Position numbers and translations under genes: made by a program
Origin: Dendrobates tinctorius
Lineage: Eukaryota
NCBI RefSeq assembly: GCF_039654945.1
Contig: NW_027361696.1
Span: 84,196,001-84,260,000 of the forward strand
DNA: 64,000 bases
Reading direction: 5' to 3'
Shown: positions 36,993-50,048 of the stretch, piece by piece
How positions within the stretch are numbered: position 1 is the stretch's first letter
How the letters are laid out: each line of letters opens with the position of its first letter
The notes under the pieces: generated by a model
What the model was told of the DNA's origin: nothing
Databases searched by the model: none
The model's input: only the letters and a program-made list of their open reading frames with translations

Positions 36993-38186
36993 AGCTATTC
37001 GAGGGCTGTCACTGCAAAGAAAATCACATTTGGGATCTGTAAATTATCTTGACCTTTATTTTACTAAAGAAGGATTGACAATGTGTAAATCTCATGTACA
37101 GGCTGCCATGTTATGTTACGGATGTCAGACTGTTCACAGGTTTCCAGGATTTGTATATATCTGCCTTTAATACACAAGATGGGCAATGTCCAGTAGACGC
37201 TGTGTATACAGCAGTGATAGGCTCCCTAGGGACATACAATGACTGCATGATATGGGGTGTTATGTACTGCAACATCACATTGTGTGTCCACACAGTCATG
37301 TAGCGGTATGTTGCACATCGTAACAGCGACTGTCACCAAGGCCGCTGGCTTAATATCAGGAAGTGGCACACACCTTTGCCACCATAGTCCAACATGTAGG
37401 TAGTATACCCTTGCATCTTGATTGCGACCTCTATCTGATACAAAGAAAAAGACAACCCAAGTATGGGATGAATCTTACCATCCATCGCAAATATTAAACA
37501 GCCATAAAACGGGTCCATGCAACAAAAGCAGTAGCTGGACCTGATGGTTCTACTCAGCTATATTTAGAAGCCTATGGTGGGTCACAGTAATTGGAGATGC
37601 CATATCACCTTTTTGGGTCATGTCGTATGTTTACTAAGCAGTGACACAAGAGACCTCATTGTGTAGATAAAGGGATCCCCGAGGAATCAGCAACTTCCAT
37701 TTCACATGCACTTCAGCTGGTGTCCGAATACTACATGGTGGACCCTCACGGTGGAGATTTTATATGGGTGTTGTATCTGCCACATCAGTAAGGACATTGC
37801 TGTAGCAGTCACTAGCCTTTAGCATCACAGAGTGATGGGAACCATTTTATGGCACAATGGTATAGGCAATTATGTATTGATATTATTGTAGGTGTGAACA
37901 GTTCCCCAACACTTCATCATAGTCAAAACATGGAGTAACTGCATGGTGGCACGTTGGACTAGGTACTAGTGTGTAGTATATCCTTTTCAGCGGAGGCTAA
38001 ATCTGTGGTGGTCTATGCATTTTATGTCTCCACGATTACAACTCTTGATAATCACGAGCCATTGTTAAAAGGAAAGGGTCAAACACCGGTATTTCCCTAC
38101 AGCCTAGTGCTAATCTGCGAGTAATTTACACATACAGAGAAGTCTACATCCCCCATAACCTGTCAATATCAACAGGGTCGGTCAAT

Positions 38187-38520
38187 AGTCTAAAGTGGTG
38201 GCACCGGCCGACTAATGGTCACCAGTCTAATGTGGGGCACCCACCCTGTCCACTGACAGTCGATAGTCTAATGTGGTGGCACCGGCCAAATAATGGTTGA
38301 CAGTCCAGTGTGGGGCACACCCATCCTGTCCACTGACAGTCTAATGTGGTGGCACCAGCTGAATAATGGTCGACAGTCCAATGTGGGGCACACCCACCCT
38401 GTCCACTGACCGTCTAATGTGGCGGCACCAGCTGAATAATGGTCAACAGTCCAATGTGGGGCACACCCACCTTGTCCACTGACAGTCGACAGTGTAATGT
38501 GGGGTTACCGGCCGACTGAT
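38187..38520. repeat. ~73-bp tandem repeat, about 4.5 copies
   Basis: GTCTAATGTGGTGGCACC...GTGGGGCACACCCACCCTGTCCACTGACA recurs at about 38187, 38266, 38339 and 38412. Confidence 0.85.
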
Positions 38521-39759
38521 GGTCAGGGAGAGATGTCCATCTCACATGTCTGATTGTGGACTGTCGGTAGCACGGTTCTCCCGGAGATAAGCTGCCGGCC
38601 AACGTGTCAGTCTCATGATGAACACAGGAGCACTTGGCACTATTTTGACATCCCGTTTTAAATGCTATGGTCCCTCATGCAGAATAAAGAAACCTTATAG
38701 TCACTTCCCGCATTTACACGATTCAGGTGATGCCAGTGCCAGGTTTCTTGGCGTGCCGTATGATTTAGTTATGCCACGTGAGTGCTGCCTCCAATCAGTG
38801 GCGCCGCTGGGCTGCTGCACTCACTTCCCTTGTATAGAGTGCTGACATTCGATGACAGATACTGATAGTGTGAACGTGGCCTAAGGTCACCTGCATTTAG
38901 CCACGGTTAATGTGATGCAAAGTCATATGTGAAGTTAGTCTCCGATTTGCAAGGGATTTTCCACTATACATTGTAATGGGGTGAACTCCATGAAGTACAG
39001 TAGGTAGCCCACAGATCCAGTGGAATTTGCAGGTTTGGATGACTATGTTACAGTGTAATAAGTCACCACTGTTGGATCTCTATGACACAGTGTATATGTC
39101 ACACCCACAGCTCCCATTATGTGCTATATAGGTCACTGTACACACAAAGTAATACGATGCAGCGAAAGGTGACCTTCAGGATGTCTTCTTAGACAGCAGC
39201 GCTGGGTCTGACAGCCTCAGGTAGGGCAGTCATGAGACTTACACTGGAATGTCATCAAAGAAGAAGACGACCGTCAGCAGACACCATGGATTTCACCTCT
39301 AGTAACCCATTGTTTGCTTAAAGGCAAATCTGTTACTACGTATTCACACGTTGCAGAGATTTCTAATCTTCGGGTATGTGCACATGACGTCTTTTACACT
39401 AGGGATAACCAATAGTTTATATCTTCCCTCTTAAAAGGAGGGAAGTAGCCTTAGGCTACTTTCACACATCAGTTTTTTGCCGTCAGGCAGGATCCGGCTA
39501 TTTTTAGAAAAAACGGATCCGGCATAAATTTTGGACAACTGTAGAAACAGATCCGTTTTTGTGCCGGATCCGTCTGACCTGGACCCGTAGAAGCGAGTAA
39601 TCGCGAAATGGCCGTTGTCCGGCACCTCCCTCCCCTAGCATTCCTCCACGTCCTGCATGTCCACACATTTGATGGAAATTATGTGAAATAAAGACTCACA
39701 GTTTTTCAGCTACATTGGTGAGTGCTGCATATTTCTTCTTTTTTTGCTTCACATTGAAA

Positions 39760-40180
39760 TACACATCACTATGGCTGTACTATATACATACCGCTGTCTA
39801 CACAACACTATGGCTGTATACTATATACCGCTGTCTACACATCACTATGGCTGTATACTATATACCGCTGTCTACACATCACTATGGCTGTATACTATAT
39901 ACCGCTGTCTACACATCACTATGGCTGTATACTATATACCGCTGTCTACACATCACTATGGCTGTATACTATATACCGCTGTCTACACATCACTATGGCT
40001 GTATACTATATACCGCTGTCTACACATCACTATGGCTGTATACTATATACCGCTGTCTACACATCACTATGGCTGTATACTATATACCGCTGTCTACACA
40101 TCACTATGGCTGTATACTATATACCGCTGTATACACATCACTATGGCTGTATACTATATACACGTCACTATGGCTGTATG
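39760..40180. repeat. 37-bp minisatellite, about 11 copies
   Basis: Unit ACACATCACTATGGCTGTATACTATATACCGCTGTCT. Confidence 0.95.
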
Positions 40181-40321
40181 TAACAGCGTGTCCCTCCCCC
40201 AGCCGGTGTTCCTGGAATGTAATGTAATAAGCCCTAGGTCCACCTCACTTGTACTACATCTAGTGGGGGATTCTGTCTTTGTTCTTCTCAGCATGAGACT
40301 CTTCCAATACACAAAACCTGT

Positions 40322-40849
40322 AGCTACTTTCACACATCAGGTTTTTCCCAACAGGCAGGATCCTGCTATTTGTTAAAAAAAAAACGGATCCGGTGAAAGC
40401 TGCCGCCAGACCCGGTTTTCTCTCAATGAATTGTATTAGCGCCAGATCGTGCCGCGTGGCCTTCCGTTTTTTCCGGTTTTCGCCGGATCCGGCTAAATGT
40501 TTCATTCCGGCATCTGGAAAAAACGTCTCTAGTAATGTTTTTTGTCTGTGGCAAAAAACCGGATCCGGCGCTTCCAGCTTTTTGCTACAATGCAAGTCTA
40601 TAGGCGCCAGAATGTGCCAGATCCAGATAAAGACGGATCCAGCCACCGGATCCAATTTTTAAGTCTGAGCATGCTCAGATCCAATTGGCCAGCCCCCAGG
40701 AAACAGATAAACAATGCCAGTGAGCCTAGATGGATCCAGCATAAAAACGAATCAGTTTCATCAGTTTTCCATAATTTACGCCGGATCCGGTTTTTCTAAA
40801 AATAACCGGATCCTGCCTATCGGAAAAAAACTGATGTGTGAAAGTAGCC
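40322..40849. mobile_element. Harbinger-type MITE (truncated sister copy at about 39454-39600)
   Basis: GCTACTTTCACACATCAG and CTGATGTGTGAAAGTAGCC TIRs, with repeated CGGATCCG motifs. Confidence 0.8.
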
Positions 40850-41394
40850 TAAGACAGAATGGAGCCAATAGCTTCTGGAAACTTCTCAATGTAGCCACAT
40901 GTTAAAAGTTGGTGTGAACCTCCCCCATCCATGGGCTGATCCCAGGACACAGGACAATAGACTCATGTGTTGGCTGAGTTCAGTGGTGTGGTGACCTGTG
41001 AAGGGATGGGATCTTATGCTGAGGCGAGATCCCAGTGACCATGTGGATTGATAGAAGCTGCCATGTGAGACTGTGTTGTGTCCCTCATCTGCTGGATCCA
41101 CTGAATTCACCCAAGGACTATTTCTATTTTCCTGGCGTCGGATTGCCGGGTGGCACCCCCAGATCTGCTCCCTTTGTGTTAACTCATTGTGGACTCATTA
41201 TGGACGCTGCAGAATTACTTTCATTTGTGTTGCTCCAGTTCACCGTTCCAATAAATCTTGTTGGATTGTTTATCGGCCTGGTATCTCTTCCTGCTCTGTC
41301 ACATACCCCGTGAAACTGTATGCTATATACCGCTGTATACTATATACTACTACTATACTATATACTACTACTACTACTACTGTGTAGACTATAT

Positions 41395-41530
41395 ACTGTA
41401 TCTGTCTTGTTAGATGTTACTTGTTGTATCTGTTGTTATATATTATGTTGCCTCTTTGCCACAAAGAATTCCTTGTATATATGTAATATGTACTTGGCGA
41501 TAATAAATTTGATTGATTGATGATTGATTG
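41395..41530 (+). mobile_element. Possible Rex/Babar-type LINE 3' tail
   Basis: ATTCCTTGT...TACTTGGC..AATAAA followed by (TTGA)n. Confidence 0.4.
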
Positions 41531-42560
41531 GTATACACATCACTATGGCTGTACACTACATATCGCTGTATACACAGCACTATGGCTGTACACTATATAC
41601 CGCTGTATACACAGCACTATGGCTGTACACTATATACCTCTGTATACACAGCACTATGGCTGTAACTACATACCTCTGTATACACAGCACTATGGCTGTA
41701 CGCTACATACCTCTGTATACACAGCACTATGGCTGTAACTACATACCTCTGTATACACAGCACTATGGCTGTACGCTACATACCTCTGTATACACAGCAC
41801 TACGGCTGTACACTATATACCTCTGTATACACAGCACTACGGCTGTACGCTACATACCTCTGTATACACAGCACTACGGCTGTACGCTACATACCTCTGT
41901 ATACACAGCACTACGGCTGTACGCTACATACCGCTGTATACACAGCACTACGGCTGTACGCTACATACCGCTGTATACACAGCACTACGGCTGTACGCTA
42001 CATACCTCTGTATACACAGCACTACGGCTGTACGCTACATACCTCTGTATACACAGCAATATGGCTGTACGCTACATACCTCTGTATACACAGCAATATG
42101 GCTGTACGCTACATACCTCTGTATACACAGCAATACGGCTGTACGCTACATACCTCTGTATACACAGCACTACGGCTGTACGCTACATACCTCTGTATAC
42201 ACAGCACTACGGCTGTACGCTACATACCTCTGTATACACAGCACTACGGCTGTACGCTACATACCTCTGTATACACAGCACTACGGCTGTACGCTACATA
42301 CCTCTGTATACACAGCACTACGGCTGTACGCTACATACCTCTGTATACACAGCACTACGGCTGTACGCTACATACCGCTGTATACACAGCAATATGGCTG
42401 TACGCTACATACCTCTGTATACACAGCACTACGGCTGTACGCTACATACCTCTGTATACACAGCAATATGGCTGTACACTATATACCTCTGTATACACAG
42501 CAATATGGCTGTACGCTATATACCTCTGTATACACAGCACTATGGCTGTACGCTATCTAC
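41531..42560. repeat. 37-bp minisatellite, about 28 copies
   Basis: Unit TATACACAGCACTACGGCTGTACGCTACATACCTCTG. Confidence 0.95.
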
Positions 42561-42788
42561 CACACAGGGCACTCATTGTCCAGACCTGTGCAGCCATGTT
42601 ACCCTGTGGAGCATTACTATGTCATTACACCACGGAGATCACCTTCACTAGAGCAACCAATATCCCGTCATAAAGCAGGAGCAGCGATCACATGATAAGG
42701 GGTCTTCACTCGCGTGTGACCCCCTCCATGTACGTGTATTACGCCCCGGACCATCCTCACACACCGGATCCCTGCTGCCAGCACTCAC

Positions 42789-42821
42789 CTTCCCCCCGGA
42801 TAAACCTGCCCCGGCTGCCAT
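42789..42821 (-). CDS. BCAT2: BCAT2 first coding exon (MAAGAGLSGGK); the exon probably extends as 5'UTR to an acceptor at 42896
   Basis: Minus strand reads ctgaccATGG (good Kozak), 11 codons, then AAG|GTGAGT donor in phase 0. This joins in frame to the 22064 exon. The region is CpG-rich and resembles the short MAAA- first exon of vertebrate BCAT2. Confidence 0.75.
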
Positions 42822-42954
42822 GGTCAGTGAGCACCTCAGGATCTAATCTTGTTCTGCCGCTCTGAGGTTTCTACCGCCCGCCCGAGTCACAGGAGACTGG
42901 AAGAAAAAGAGGCGGGAGGAGCCAGAGACAGAGAGAGCCCAACCAGAGAAGTGT

Positions 42955-45900
42955 ATACAGCGCTGCACTAAACCCCCCTCATCTGCCGCTATAATACACA
43001 GCGCTGCACTAAACCCCCCTCATCTGCCGCTGTAATACACAGCGCTGCACTAAACCCCCTCATCTGCCGCTATAATACACAGCGCTACACTAAACCCCCT
43101 CATCTGCCGCTATAATACACAGCGCTGCACTAAACCCCCCTCATCTGCCGCTATAATACACAGCGCTACACTAAACCCCCTCATCTGCCGCTATAATACA
43201 CAGCGCTGCACTAAACCCCCCTCATCTGACAGCGCTAAACTAAACCCCCCTCATCTGCTGCTATAATACACAGCGCTGCACTAAACCCCCCTCATCTGCC
43301 GCTATAATACACAGCGCTACACTAAACCCCCTCATCTGCCGCTATAATACACAGCGCTGCACTAAACCCCCCTCATCTGCCGCTATAATACACAGCGCTG
43401 CACTAAACCCCCCTCATCTGCCGCTATAATACACAGCGCTGCACTAAACCCCCCTCATCTGCCGCTATAATACACAGCGCTGCACTAAACCCCCCTCATC
43501 TGCCGCTATAATACACAGCGCTGCACTAAACCCCCCTCATCTGCCGCTATAATACACAGCGCTGCACTAAACCCCCCTCATCTGTTGCTATAATACACAG
43601 CGCTACACTAAACCCCCTCATCTGCCGCTATAATACACAGCGCTGCACTAAACCCCCCTCATCTGCCGCTATAATACACAGCGCTGCACTAAACCCCCCT
43701 CATCTGCCGCTATAATACACAGCGCTGCACTAAACCCCCCTCATCTGCCGCTGTAATACACAGCGCTGCACTAAACCCCCCTCATCTGTTGCTATAATAC
43801 ACAGCGCTACACTAAACCCCCCTCATCTGCTGCTATAATACACAGCGCTGCACTAAACCCCCCTCATCTGCCGCTATAATACACAGCGCTGCACTAAACC
43901 CCCCTCATCTGCCGCTATAATACACAGCGCTGCACTAAACCCCCCTCATCTGTTGCTATAATACACAGCGCTACACTAAACCCCCTCATCTGCCGCTATA
44001 ATACACAGCGCTGCACTAAACCCCCCTCATCTGCCGCTATAATACACAGCGCTGCACTAAACCCCCCTCATCTGTTGCTATAATACACAGCGCTACACTA
44101 AACCCCCCTCATCTGCCGCTATAATACACAGCGCTGCACTAAACCCCCCTCATCTGCCGCTATAATACACAGCGCTGCACTAAACCCCCCTCATCTGCCG
44201 CTGTAATACACAGCGCTGCACTAAACCCCCCTCATCTGCCGCTATAATACACAGCGCTACACTAAACCCCCCTCATCTGCTATTATAATACACAGCGCTA
44301 CACTAAACCCCCCTCATCTGCTGCTATAATACACAGCGCTGCACTAAACCCCCCTCATCTGCCGCTGTAATACACAGCGCTGCACTAAACCCCCCTCATC
44401 TGCCGCTATAATACACAGCGCTGCACTAAACCCCCCTCATCTGCCGCTGTAATACACAGCGCTGCACTAAACCCCCCTCATCTGTTGCTATAATACACAG
44501 CGCTACACTAAACCCCCCTCATCTGCCGCTATAATACACAGCGCTGCACTAAACCCCCCTCATCTGCTGCTATAATACACAGCGCTGCACTAAACCCCCC
44601 TCATCTGCTGCTATAATACACAGCGCTACACTAAACCCCCCTCATCTGCTATTATAATACACAGCGCTACACTAAACCCCCCTCATCTGCTGCTATAATA
44701 CACAGCGCTGCACTAAACCCCCCTCATCTGCCGCTGTAATACACAGCGCTGCACTAAACCCCCCTCATCTGCCGCTATAATACACAGCGCTGCACTAAAC
44801 CCCCCTCATCTGCCGCTGTAATACACAGCGCTGCACTAAACCCCCCTCATCTGTTGCTATAATACACAGCGCTACACTAAACCCCCCTCATCTGCCGCTA
44901 TAATACACAGCGCTGCACTAAACCCCCCTCATCTGCTGCTATAATACACAGCGCTGCACTAAACCCCCTCATCTGCCGCTATAATACACAGCGCTACACT
45001 AAACCCCCCTCATCTGTTGCTATAATACACAGCGCTACACTAAACCCCCCTCATCTGCTGTTATAATACACAGCGCTGCACTAAATTCCCTCATCTGCTG
45101 TTATAATACACAGCGCTGCACTAAATTCCCTCATCTGCTTTTATAATACACAGCGCTGCACTAAGCCCCCCTCATCTGCCGCTATAATACACAGCGCTGC
45201 ACTAAACCCCCCTCATCTGCTGTTATAATACACAGCGCTGCACTAAACCCCCCTCATCTGCCGCTATAATACACAGCGCTGCACTAAACCCACCTCATCT
45301 GCCGCTGTAATACACAGCGCTGCACTAAACCCCCCTCATCTGTTGCTATGACAGCGCTACACTAAACCCCCCTCATCTGCCGCTATAATACACAGCGCTG
45401 CACTAAACCCCCCTCATCTGCTGCTATAATACACAGCGCTGCACTAAACCCCCTCATCTGCCGCTATAATACACAGCGCTACACTAAACCCCCCTCATCT
45501 GTTGCTATAATACACAGCGCTACACTAAACCCCCCTCATCTGTTGCTATAATACACAGCGCTACACTAAACCCCCCTCATCTGCTGTTATAATACACAGC
45601 GCTGCACTAAATTCCCTCATCTGCTGTTATAATACACAGCGCTGCACTAAGCCCCCCTCATCTGCCGCTATAATACACAGCGCTGCACTAAACCCCCCTC
45701 ATCTGCTGTTATAATACACAGCGCTGCACTAAACCTCCCTCATCTGCTGCTATAATACACAGCGCTGCACTAAACCCCCCTCATCTGTTGCTATAATACA
45801 CAGCGCTACACTAAACCCCCCTCATCTGTTGCTATAATACACAGCGCTACACTAAACCCCCCTCATCTGCTGTTATAATACACAGCGCTGCACTAAATTC

Positions 45901-48900
45901 CCTCATCTGCTGTTATAATACACAGCGCTGCACTAAACCTCCCTCATCTGCTGCTATAATACACAGCGCTGCACTAAACCCCCCTCATCTGCTGCTATAA
46001 TACACAGCGCTGCACTAAACCCCCCTCATCTGCCGCTATAATACACAGCGCTGCACTAAACCCCCCCCATCTGCCGCTGTAATACACAGCGCTGCACTAA
46101 ACCCCCCTCATCTGCCGCTGTAATACACAGCGCTGCACTAAACCCCCCTCATCTGCCGCTATAATACACAGCGCTGCACTAAACCCCCCTCATCTGCCGC
46201 TATAATACACAGCGCTGCACTAAACCCCCCCTCATCTGCCGCTATAATACACAGCGCTGCACTAAACCCCCCTCATCTGCCGCTATGATACACAGCGCTG
46301 CACTAAACCCCCCTCATCTGCCGCTATAATACACAGCGCTGCACTAAACCCCCCTCATCTGCCGCTATAATACACAGCGCTGCCCTAAACCCCCCTCATC
46401 TGCTGCTATAATACACAGCGCTGCACTAAACCCCCCTCATCTGCTGCTATAATACACAGCGCTGCACTAAACCCCCCTCATCTGCCGCTATAATACACAG
46501 CGCTGCACTAAACCCCCCTCATCTGCCGCTGTAATACACAGCGCTGCACTAAACCCCCCTCATCTGTTGCTATAATACACAGCGCTACACTAAACCCCCT
46601 CATCTGCCGCTATAATACACAGCGCTGCACTAAACCCCCCTCATCTGCCGCTATAATACACAGCGCTGCACTAAACCCCCCTCATCTGCCGCTGTAATAC
46701 ACAGCGCTGCACTAAACCCCCCTCATCTGCCGCTATAATACACAGCGCTGCACTAAACCCCCCTCATCTGCCGCTGTAATACACAGCGCTGCACTAAACC
46801 CCCCTCATCTGTTGCTATAATACACAGCGCTACACTAAACCCCCCTCATCTGCCGCTATAATACACAGCGCTGCACTAAACCCCCCTCATCTGCCGCTAT
46901 AATACACAGCGCTGCACTAAACCCCCTCATCTGCCGCTATAATACACAGCGCTACACTAAACCCCCCTCATCTGTTGCTATAATACACAGCGCTACACTA
47001 AACCCCCCTCATCTGCTGTTATAATACACAGCGCTGCACTAAATTCCCTCATCTGCTGTTATAATACACAGCGCTGCACTAAGCCCCCCTCATCTGCCGC
47101 TATAATACACAGCGCTGCACTAAACCCACCTCATCTGCCGCTGTAATACACAGCGCTGCACTAAACCCCCCTCATCTGTTGCTATAATACACAGCGCTAC
47201 ACTAAACCCCCCTCATCTGCCGCTATAATACACAGCGCTGCACTAAACCCCCCTCATCTGCTGCTATAATACACAGCGCTGCACTAAACCCCCTCATCTG
47301 CCGCTATAATACACAGCGCTACACTAAACCCCCCTCATCTGTTGCTATAATACACAGCGCTACACTAAACCCCCCTCATCTGCTGTTATAATACACAGCG
47401 CTGCACTAAATTCCCTCATCTGCTGTTATAATACACAGCGCTGCACTAAGCCCCCCTCATCTGCCGCTATAATACACAGCGCTGCACTAAACCCCCCTCA
47501 TCTGCTGTTATAATACACAGCGCTGCACTAAACCTCCCTCATCTGCTGCTATAATACACAGCGCTGCACTAAACCCCCCTCATCTGTTGCTATAATACAC
47601 AGCGCTACACTAAACCCCCCTCATCTGTTGCTATAATACACAGCGCTACACTAAACCCCCCTCATCTGCTGTTATAATACACAGCGCTGCACTAAATTCC
47701 CTCATCTGCTGTTATAATACACAGCGCTGCACTAAACCTCCCTCATCTGCTGCTATAATACACAGCGCTGCACTAAACCCCCCTCATCTGCCGCTATAAT
47801 ACACAGCGCTGCACTAAACCCCCCTCATCTGCCGCTGTAATACACAGCGCTGCACTAAACCCCCCTCATCTGCCGCTGTAATACACAGCGCTGCACTAAA
47901 CCCCCCTCATCTGCCGCTATAATACACAGCGCTGCACTAAACCCCCCTCATCTGCCGCTATAATACACAGCGCTGCACTAAACCCCCCCTCATCTGCCGC
48001 TATAATACACAGCGCTGCACTAAACCCCCCTCATCTGCCGCTATGATACACAGCGCTGCACTAAACCCCCCTCATCTGCCGCTATAATACACAGCGCTGC
48101 ACTAAACCCCCCTCCTCTGCCGCTATAATACACAGCGCTGCCCTAAACCCCCCTCATCTGCTGCTATAATACACAGCGCTGCACTAAACCCCCCTCATCT
48201 GCTGCTATAATACACAGCGCTGCACTAAACCCCCCTCATCTGCCGCTATAATACACAGCGCTGCACTAAACCCCCCTCATCTGCCACTATAATACACAGC
48301 GCTGCACTAAACCCCCCTCATCTGCCGCTATAATACACAGCGCTGCACTAAACCCCCCTCATCTGCCGCTATAATACACAGCGCTGCACTAAACCCCCTC
48401 ATCTGCCGCTATAATACACAGCGCTACACTAAACCCCCCTCATCTGTTGCTATAATACACAGCGCTACACTAAACCCCCCTCATCTGCCGCTATAATACA
48501 CAGCGCTGCACTAAGCCCCCCTCATCTGCCGCTATAATACACAGCGCTGCACTAAGCCCCCCTCATCTGCCGCTATAATACACAGCGCTGCACTAAACCC
48601 CCTCATCTGCTGCTATAATACACAGCGCTGCACTAAACCCCCCTCATCTGCCGCTATAATACACAGCGCTGCACTAAGCCCCCCTCATCTGCTGCTATAA
48701 TACACAGCGCTGCACTAAACCCCCCTCATCTGCTGCTATAATACACAGCGCTGCACTAAACCCCCCTCATCTGCTGCTATAATACACAGCGCTGCACTAA
48801 ACCCCCCTCATCTGCTGCTATAATACACAGCGCTGCACTAAACCCCCCTCATCTGCTGCTATAATACACAGCGCTGCACTAAACCCCCCTCATCTGCCGC

Positions 48901-49008
48901 TATAATACACAGCGCTGCACTAAACCCCCCTCATCTGCCGCTATAATACACAGCGCTGCACTAAACCCCCCTCATCTGCCGCTATAATACACAGCGCTGC
49001 ACTAAACC
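42955..49008. repeat. 41-bp satellite array, left block (about 147 units)
   Basis: Unit CTATAATACACAGCGCTGCACTAAACCCCCCTCATCTGCCG with point variants. Confidence 0.98.
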
Positions 49009-49587
49009 CACCGCCCGCAGTTGTGGCCTGTCCGCTGCCGCCCACGGTCCCCATAACGCAGCTCTGGGCTGCGGTTTGCCTGCAGCCACTCTAGGCCGCC
49101 GCCACCCGTTCCCATCTTGGGGCTGCGGCCTCCATTCTCCAGCCCCCAGGCGACACCGCACTGCCTCCGCCGGGGGGGCGCTACGACGAGGAACTCTCCA
49201 AGGACCTGCTGTGCCCCCAACTCGCCTGGGCCTAGGAGCGCCCGAAGTCTTTGCCCGATCCTCATCGGCTGGGCCCAGTGGCAGAAACGCCGAAGCATCG
49301 CCGATCAGTACTCTGCCGGACGTCAGAGAGGATAAGTGACACGTTGTAATTAAGGACCCGTAGTCGGCCATACCGCGACCCTATAGTGACCGGTCTTTGC
49401 CTGGTTAGTCGTGCTTGCATTACCAGTGTGTTCTTGTGTTGATCCCTGCGAGGACAATTATTGTTAGCTTATTTGGCTGCTCAAGATAGCCCCTATAGGC
49501 ATCTATAGATATATAAAAGTTACACTTTGAAGTTCAAACCGTCTCGCATCTCGTCACTGCATCCCGCGTAACTGCGAGTACTACGTT

Positions 49588-49605
49588 TGGCGTAGTCGGC
49601 AGGAT
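49588..49605 (+). promoter_or_regulatory. Primer-binding site complementary to tRNA-Ser
   Basis: TGGCGTAGTCGGCAGGAT is the reverse complement of the vertebrate tRNA-Ser 3' end ATCCTGCCGACTACGCCA, and it lies right after the 5' LTR. Confidence 0.85.
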
Positions 49606-50048
49606 GCAGTCTCCGAGCGCGGACGGAGGTGCCGTGGACTCGACAGGTAACGAAGGGCCCGGTCTAATATATCCTTGGGGGCTATGCTGAGCAACCAGCC
49701 CAGGTTCTCCGGCACCAAGACCATGCTGTGGAGCTGGACGGAGCAGATGCGAGGGCTCTTTCGAATGCATCCGATGACCCCCGACTTAGAAGCAGAAGTG
49801 GCCTTTATGGCATTGGACGGGGAGGCTCAGGATTCAGTAATGTGAGACCCCCCGGGCATCCAAATACCTTCGTTAGGGTCTTACAGATATTGTAGGAGAC
49901 CCATGGGGGTCCGATGAATGTGAGGGAGTTTAGAACCCAGTTGTTCAGTCGTATGCAAAGGGAAGGGGACTCTTGGGCAGTGTCTATTTGGTCTCTTCAG
50001 ACCACCGGGCCCTCGACCGAAGAAAAGGGCTGAGCCATCCTGGAGAGA

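Noticed and set aside
37320-38180. Possible decayed coding fragment
   Set aside because: Partial hand translation gave no recognisable motif; BLASTX is needed.
39715-40376. ORFs of 170 and 210 aa
   Set aside because: Same minisatellite artefact.
41524-42695. Long ORFs of 375 and 314 aa
   Set aside because: They are translations of a 37-bp minisatellite that lacks stops in these frames; no domain content.
8209-42821. Assignment as cytosolic BCAT1
   Set aside because: The N-terminus is an Arg-rich, acid-free presequence typical of BCAT2. Synteny could not be checked.
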